From IMG/VR virus record IMGVR_UViG_3300028045_000007, positions 64,001 to 128,000 of that record: a stretch of DNA of 64,000 bases. The stretch is one strand, 5' to 3'. The notes under the pieces are model-generated. The model was not told the DNA's origin. It saw nothing but the letters and a program-made list of their open reading frames with translations, and did not search any database. This document shows, one piece after another, positions 60,333-64,000 of the stretch; position 1 is the first letter of the stretch, and each line of letters begins with the position of its first letter. The position numbers and the translations under genes were made by a program. The DNA comes from a virus.

Positions 60333-62220
60333 GTTGGGCAAATTACAACACGAAATTTTCGACAAACGATACGCCATGCCAGACGAGACCGAGTGGTCTC
60401 AATTAGCCAAGAGGGTTGGTGACAACATCGCCCTCATGGAGTTAAATGGCCTTGCTTCTGAGTGGAGCAAGAAATTCCGAGAGGTAATTGCCGCTGGCGA
60501 CTTTATGCCAGGAGGACGCATCCTCTTTGGTGCTGGTCGCAGACAGTTCAATATGCTTAACTGTTTTAGGCTACACCCAGAAGATACTGTCGAGAGCATC
60601 GGCAACGCCATGCGAGATACCTATCTTATTTCGTGTGGAGGTGGCGGGATTGGCTATAACTTCTCTGATATTCGGCCCAAGGGTGACGACATTCAGAACA
60701 TTCGCTGGTCTGCTCCCGGTGTTGTGTCAGTCATTAAAATGAAAAACGAGGTAGGGGATCATGTACGTAGCGGCAAGAATCGTCGCACTGCCCTTATAGC
60801 TATCCTCAATGTCACCCATCCAGACCTATTCGATTTTCTGCACGTTAAGCTAGATCTAGCACAGCTTGCCAATTTCAATATTTCTGTTGGCATTACCAAT
60901 GAGTTCATTGATGCCGTCAAGAAGAACAAGAAGTGGCATTTCAAGTTTAACGGTCGTCGTTATTACACGTACGAGATTGATCGAGCGACCCCTACTGGTG
61001 GCCGTCCTAAGATCGAGACGATTCGTGTTACAGCACTCAACGAAGAGGATGCTCTTGGCCGAGCACGAGCTTATTGCCGTATAAGCGAAAAAGATCGGCT
61101 TGAAAATGTCCGCATGTACGATCTGTACGCTCGCGAGATTTGGGATACGATCATCACGAACAGTTGCGAGAGCGGCGAGCCGGGCATATACAATATCGAT
61201 TTCGCCAATAGATATACGAACGTGTCGTATTTCGAGAGCTTGGACGCTCCCAATCCATGTGGCGAAATTCCCCTGCCTCCATACGGGAACTGCTGCCTGG
61301 GGCATATCAATCTGTCTCACATGTACAACCCCAAGACCAACGACGTACAATGGAAGAAGTTGGCGGCGACCATCCGTACCGCAGTACGATTCCTAGACGA
61401 CGTACTCAGCGTTAACCACTACCCCATCCCCGAGTGCAAGACCGTTGGTGAGCGTTCCCGCCGGATTGGCTTGGGCGTGACTGGTTTACACTATCTTCTT
61501 TTGAAGTTGGGATACGTATACGGTGATGAGAAGTGCCTAGAATTCTTAGATCGATTGTTCGCGACCATTCGCAATGAAGCATATAAAGCTTCTATTGATC
61601 TTGCCAGGGAGAAGGGAGCCTTCCCCGCGTTCGACGTAGACAAGTACTCTCAGGAGGAGTTTTTCCAGCAGTTGCCTCCACGCATTCAGAATTCCATTAA
61701 GAAATATGGCATTCGCAATGCTGTCATGTTGACTATTGCTCCGTGCGGCACCAACAGTATGGTACTGGGCGTCTCCTCTGGTATTGAGCCAATTTATGCA
61801 CCCGTGTACATGCGTCGCTTCCTAGACGGCAATGTGTGGCGTGAGGAATACGTGGCCGACCCGCTATTCTCGGAGTTCTATAGGGGAGGGAAGGACTACT
61901 CTCATTTTGTAGGTACCCACGATATTACCCCTGAAGTACATATTCAGGTACAAGGCACGATCCAAAAATACGTTGACTCCTCTATATCGAAGACTATTAA
62001 TCTACCTGAGGACTTCACGCCCGATACGTTAGGCGATGTGATCTTGGAACACGTCGAATACGTCAAGGGATTAACCGTGTATCGTACTGGCTCGAAAGGC
62101 ATGGAGCCCTTCACGTCTATCGATACGTCGTCTCCTGAAAAACTACAACAGGCTATGGAGCAGGCCGATACTGGCCTTGAGTCTAATGATGCTTGTCGTA
62201 GTGGCTCTTGTGAACTGTAA
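60325..62220 (+). CDS. nrdJ: class II (adenosylcobalamin-dependent) ribonucleotide reductase
   Basis: FMPGGR, NCF, NFNISV, SGEPG, NPCGE, CCLGHINL, RRIGLGVTG, TIAP.G, SISKTIN; no adjacent nrdB; C-terminal CRSGSC. Confidence 0.85.
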   Translation: MLELGKLQHEIFDKRYAMPDETEWSQLAKRVGDNIALMELNGLASEWSKKFREVIAAGDFMPGGRILFGAGRRQFNMLNCFRLHPEDTVESIGNAMRDTYLISCGGGGIGYNFSDIRPKGDDIQNIRWSAPGVVSVIKMKNEVGDHVRSGKNRRTALIAILNVTHPDLFDFLHVKLDLAQLANFNISVGITNEFIDAVKKNKKWHFKFNGRRYYTYEIDRATPTGGRPKIETIRVTALNEEDALGRARAYCRISEKDRLENVRMYDLYAREIWDTIITNSCESGEPGIYNIDFANRYTNVSYFESLDAPNPCGEIPLPPYGNCCLGHINLSHMYNPKTNDVQWKKLAATIRTAVRFLDDVLSVNHYPIPECKTVGERSRRIGLGVTGLHYLLLKLGYVYGDEKCLEFLDRLFATIRNEAYKASIDLAREKGAFPAFDVDKYSQEEFFQQLPPRIQNSIKKYGIRNAVMLTIAPCGTNSMVLGVSSGIEPIYAPVYMRRFLDGNVWREEYVADPLFSEFYRGGKDYSHFVGTHDITPEVHIQVQGTIQKYVDSSISKTINLPEDFTPDTLGDVILEHVEYVKGLTVYRTGSKGMEPFTSIDTSSPEKLQQAMEQADTGLESNDACRSGSCEL

Positions 62221-62235
62221 AATATCGAAGAAGTG

Positions 62236-62264
62236 ATGACACTAACGCACGTCGTGCGTATAAT
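62236..62264 (+). promoter_or_regulatory. sigma70-type promoter with palindromic spacer
   Basis: ATGACA-17 nt-TATAAT; ACGCACG-T-CGTGCGT at 62245..62259. Confidence 0.65.
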
Positions 62265-62270
62265 ACTGCT

Positions 62271-62576
62271 ATGACACAACCCAAGCCCAAAGAGAAGTTT
62301 GTTTTTACCCACCCCAAAGACGAAGACGGTAACGATATCCTGTTCCGCTTTATGTTGACGCTAGATCGCAAGATCAGTAGTCTCGGCAAGACGTTGCCCG
62401 ATTCGATTGGTACCATCGACGGCATTGATGCCGTAGTGCCCCAAGTAGGCATGTATACAATGGAGATTGCTATCGCTCGCACTTTCGATCCGGCAGAGGT
62501 CATTGAGGAAATCAAGAGACGTTTGAAGGATGTTTTGAGCGACATCATTCGTCCCAATAAAGAACTCATCGTTTAG
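62271..62576 (+). CDS. hypothetical protein (weak Nfu N-terminal-like pattern)
   Basis: IDGIDAV...YTMEIAIARTFD.AEV.EEI. Confidence 0.5.
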   Translation: MTQPKPKEKFVFTHPKDEDGNDILFRFMLTLDRKISSLGKTLPDSIGTIDGIDAVVPQVGMYTMEIAIARTFDPAEVIEEIKRRLKDVLSDIIRPNKELIV

Positions 62577-62579
62577 ACT

Positions 62580-63278
62580 ATGGACAAAGGACATACTATT
62601 CCCATTCTAGGGGGAGGGTACGTACGCTATGTCGATCATCTTGGGTCGGATCAGCGTATTACTGAGACAGCTCGTATATCGTATCTGTCTCCCTCGAAGG
62701 GTGAATTGCAGGATAAGGAGCTACTTTTCTACCTATTCAAGAAGAGGCACACAAGTCCATTTGAGTCGTCCAACATCACATTCAATATTCGCATGCCTAT
62801 CTTTTGTATGCGGCAGTTCGTGAGACATCGTACGTTCAGATTGAATGAGCAGTCGGGACGGTATTCTGAGCTGCCCAGTGATTTCTACGTGCCCGACGTG
62901 TGGCGAGGACCAGACGATATCAATAGACAAAGCAGCGTTCCCGTGCGGCGTGACCTCCCTGGACACGAAGAGTGGCACGAAGAGAACGACAGACTGGCAC
63001 GGGGGCTGTTTGCCGAAGCGTACGCCGTCTATCAAGAGTTTTTGAATCGTGGCGTCGCTAAAGAGCTTGCTCGCATTGTATTGCCGGTTGGTATCTTTAC
63101 TGAGATCTATGTAAGTTGTGACGTACATAACCTTATCCATTTCTTGAATCTTAGACAAGATTCCCATGCTCAATGGGAGATGCGAGAGATTGCTAATGCG
63201 ATGAGTGAAGCGTTTCAAAAATTCTTTCCCTGGTGTGCAGAAGCACGCAGTAAATACAAATGGAGACTAGTAGAATGA
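62580..63278 (+). CDS. thyX: flavin-dependent thymidylate synthase
   Basis: ARISY, HTSPFE, RQFVRHRTFRLNEQSGRY, ELARIVLP, LR...HAQWE. Confidence 0.95.
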   Translation: MDKGHTIPILGGGYVRYVDHLGSDQRITETARISYLSPSKGELQDKELLFYLFKKRHTSPFESSNITFNIRMPIFCMRQFVRHRTFRLNEQSGRYSELPSDFYVPDVWRGPDDINRQSSVPVRRDLPGHEEWHEENDRLARGLFAEAYAVYQEFLNRGVAKELARIVLPVGIFTEIYVSCDVHNLIHFLNLRQDSHAQWEMREIANAMSEAFQKFFPWCAEARSKYKWRLVE

Positions 63279-63796
63279 AGAAAATCGTATTGGTGCTTGG
63301 TGTTATCGGCGGACTTGCCGCAGGAGGCTGGGCCTTGTATAGTGCAGCCCCCATGCAGCCACAGCCACAAGGCGTGGAGACCGATTGTGAATCGACCAAT
63401 CCTTACAAGCCTGAAAACGCTCCTGGATGTCCACAGGGACCTATCTATTGTCCCGTTCCGCAGGAGATCGATTGGGATTGTGTCAAGAAGGCTCAGAAGA
63501 AATACGAAGACGACATGGCCACCCTGTACGGACTAGCGTATGGCTGGTATGACCACGCTTGCGAATCTTTTGAGAGCGAGGTCGAAGGTATTGATAAAGC
63601 GTATGCCGCTTGCGTTGACAGTGGAACTCCAGAGGAGGTCTGTGCTCGCCGCCAAAATTTCAGTTACAAAATTGCCCTAGACGTGTATGCGTCTAGACTT
63701 GAAGGTCAACAGAAAAGCGTGTCTGAGTGGACGGACAAAATTGCTATGCAGTACTGGGAAGATGTTTCGAAATGCTGCGTTGAGGGAGATCAGTAA
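63275..63796 (+). CDS. exported/membrane-anchored Cys-rich protein
   Basis: MKKIVLVLGVIGGLAAGGWALY N-terminus; 9 Cys. Confidence 0.6.
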   Translation: MKKIVLVLGVIGGLAAGGWALYSAAPMQPQPQGVETDCESTNPYKPENAPGCPQGPIYCPVPQEIDWDCVKKAQKKYEDDMATLYGLAYGWYDHACESFESEVEGIDKAYAACVDSGTPEEVCARRQNFSYKIALDVYASRLEGQQKSVSEWTDKIAMQYWEDVSKCCVEGDQ

Positions 63797-64000
63797 TGTT
63801 TAAGAGGATTCTAGGATTACTGGGCATTGGCTTGCTTTCGCTGGGCGTTCTTGCGATGACTGCCGACGCACAACTTGTCGCGTCCGCTCACCGTATTTGG
63901 AGTCAAGTACTTGGCCCCGCTAACAGTGCTAGTCTTGTCAGTGTCAATCTGCGGGGCGTGTATGTTACTCCCGGTCCAGGTGCGGCTGGTGTATTCCTAC
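63796..64000 (+). CDS. signal-peptide protein, partial (runs off the window)
   Basis: MFKRILGLLGIGLLSLGVLAMTADA-QLV..., open to the end. Confidence 0.55.
   Translation, partial: MFKRILGLLGIGLLSLGVLAMTADAQLVASAHRIWSQVLGPANSASLVSVNLRGVYVTPGPGAAGVFL

Noticed and set aside
1-64000. Minus-strand and nested short ORFs in the track
   Set aside because: They are shadows of long, coupled + strand genes with no motifs or space of their own
1-64000. Stop-codon recoding (alternative genetic code)
   Set aside because: Conserved genes are full length in code 11, and TAA, TGA and TAG all end genes at coupled junctions
1-64000. tRNA/rRNA genes, introns, inteins
   Set aside because: Intergenic gaps are too short or lack cloverleaf structure; DnaE, DnaB, RecA and NrdJ are uninterrupted and of normal size

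Overview
This window is a 64 kb piece of a large tailed dsDNA phage genome. It is densely packed, uses the standard genetic code, and has essentially all genes on the + strand. There are four modules. (1) 1-23.9 kb is tail/virion morphogenesis: a 1727-aa tape measure protein, a 1649-aa LamG-like/PKD-like protein, other large structural proteins, an embedded FkbM methyltransferase and an HNH endonuclease. (2) 24-35.8 kb is replication/transcription: RecA, DnaB, primase, PD-(D/E)XK nucleases, ClpP, DnaE, SSB-like protein and a sigma factor. (3) 35.8-56 kb is a ~20 kb glycan island with about 11 glycosyltransferases, about 6 methyltransferases, GDP-fucose synthesis (gmd, fcl), a Nudix hydrolase, a nucleotidyltransferase and an IMPDH/GMPR enzyme. 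(4) 56-64 kb is recombination and nucleotide metabolism: annealase-like protein, dUTPase, FAD oxidoreductase, class II RNR and ThyX. The main hypothesis is a phage-encoded virion glycosylation system, possibly acting on Ser-Gly sites. Surface-type structural proteins are SG-rich while the tape measure protein and DnaE are not. The genome also appears to lack GCGC entirely, which argues that the DNA itself is not the glycosylated target. All assignments come from motif recognition by eye, and all counts are approximate hand counts.
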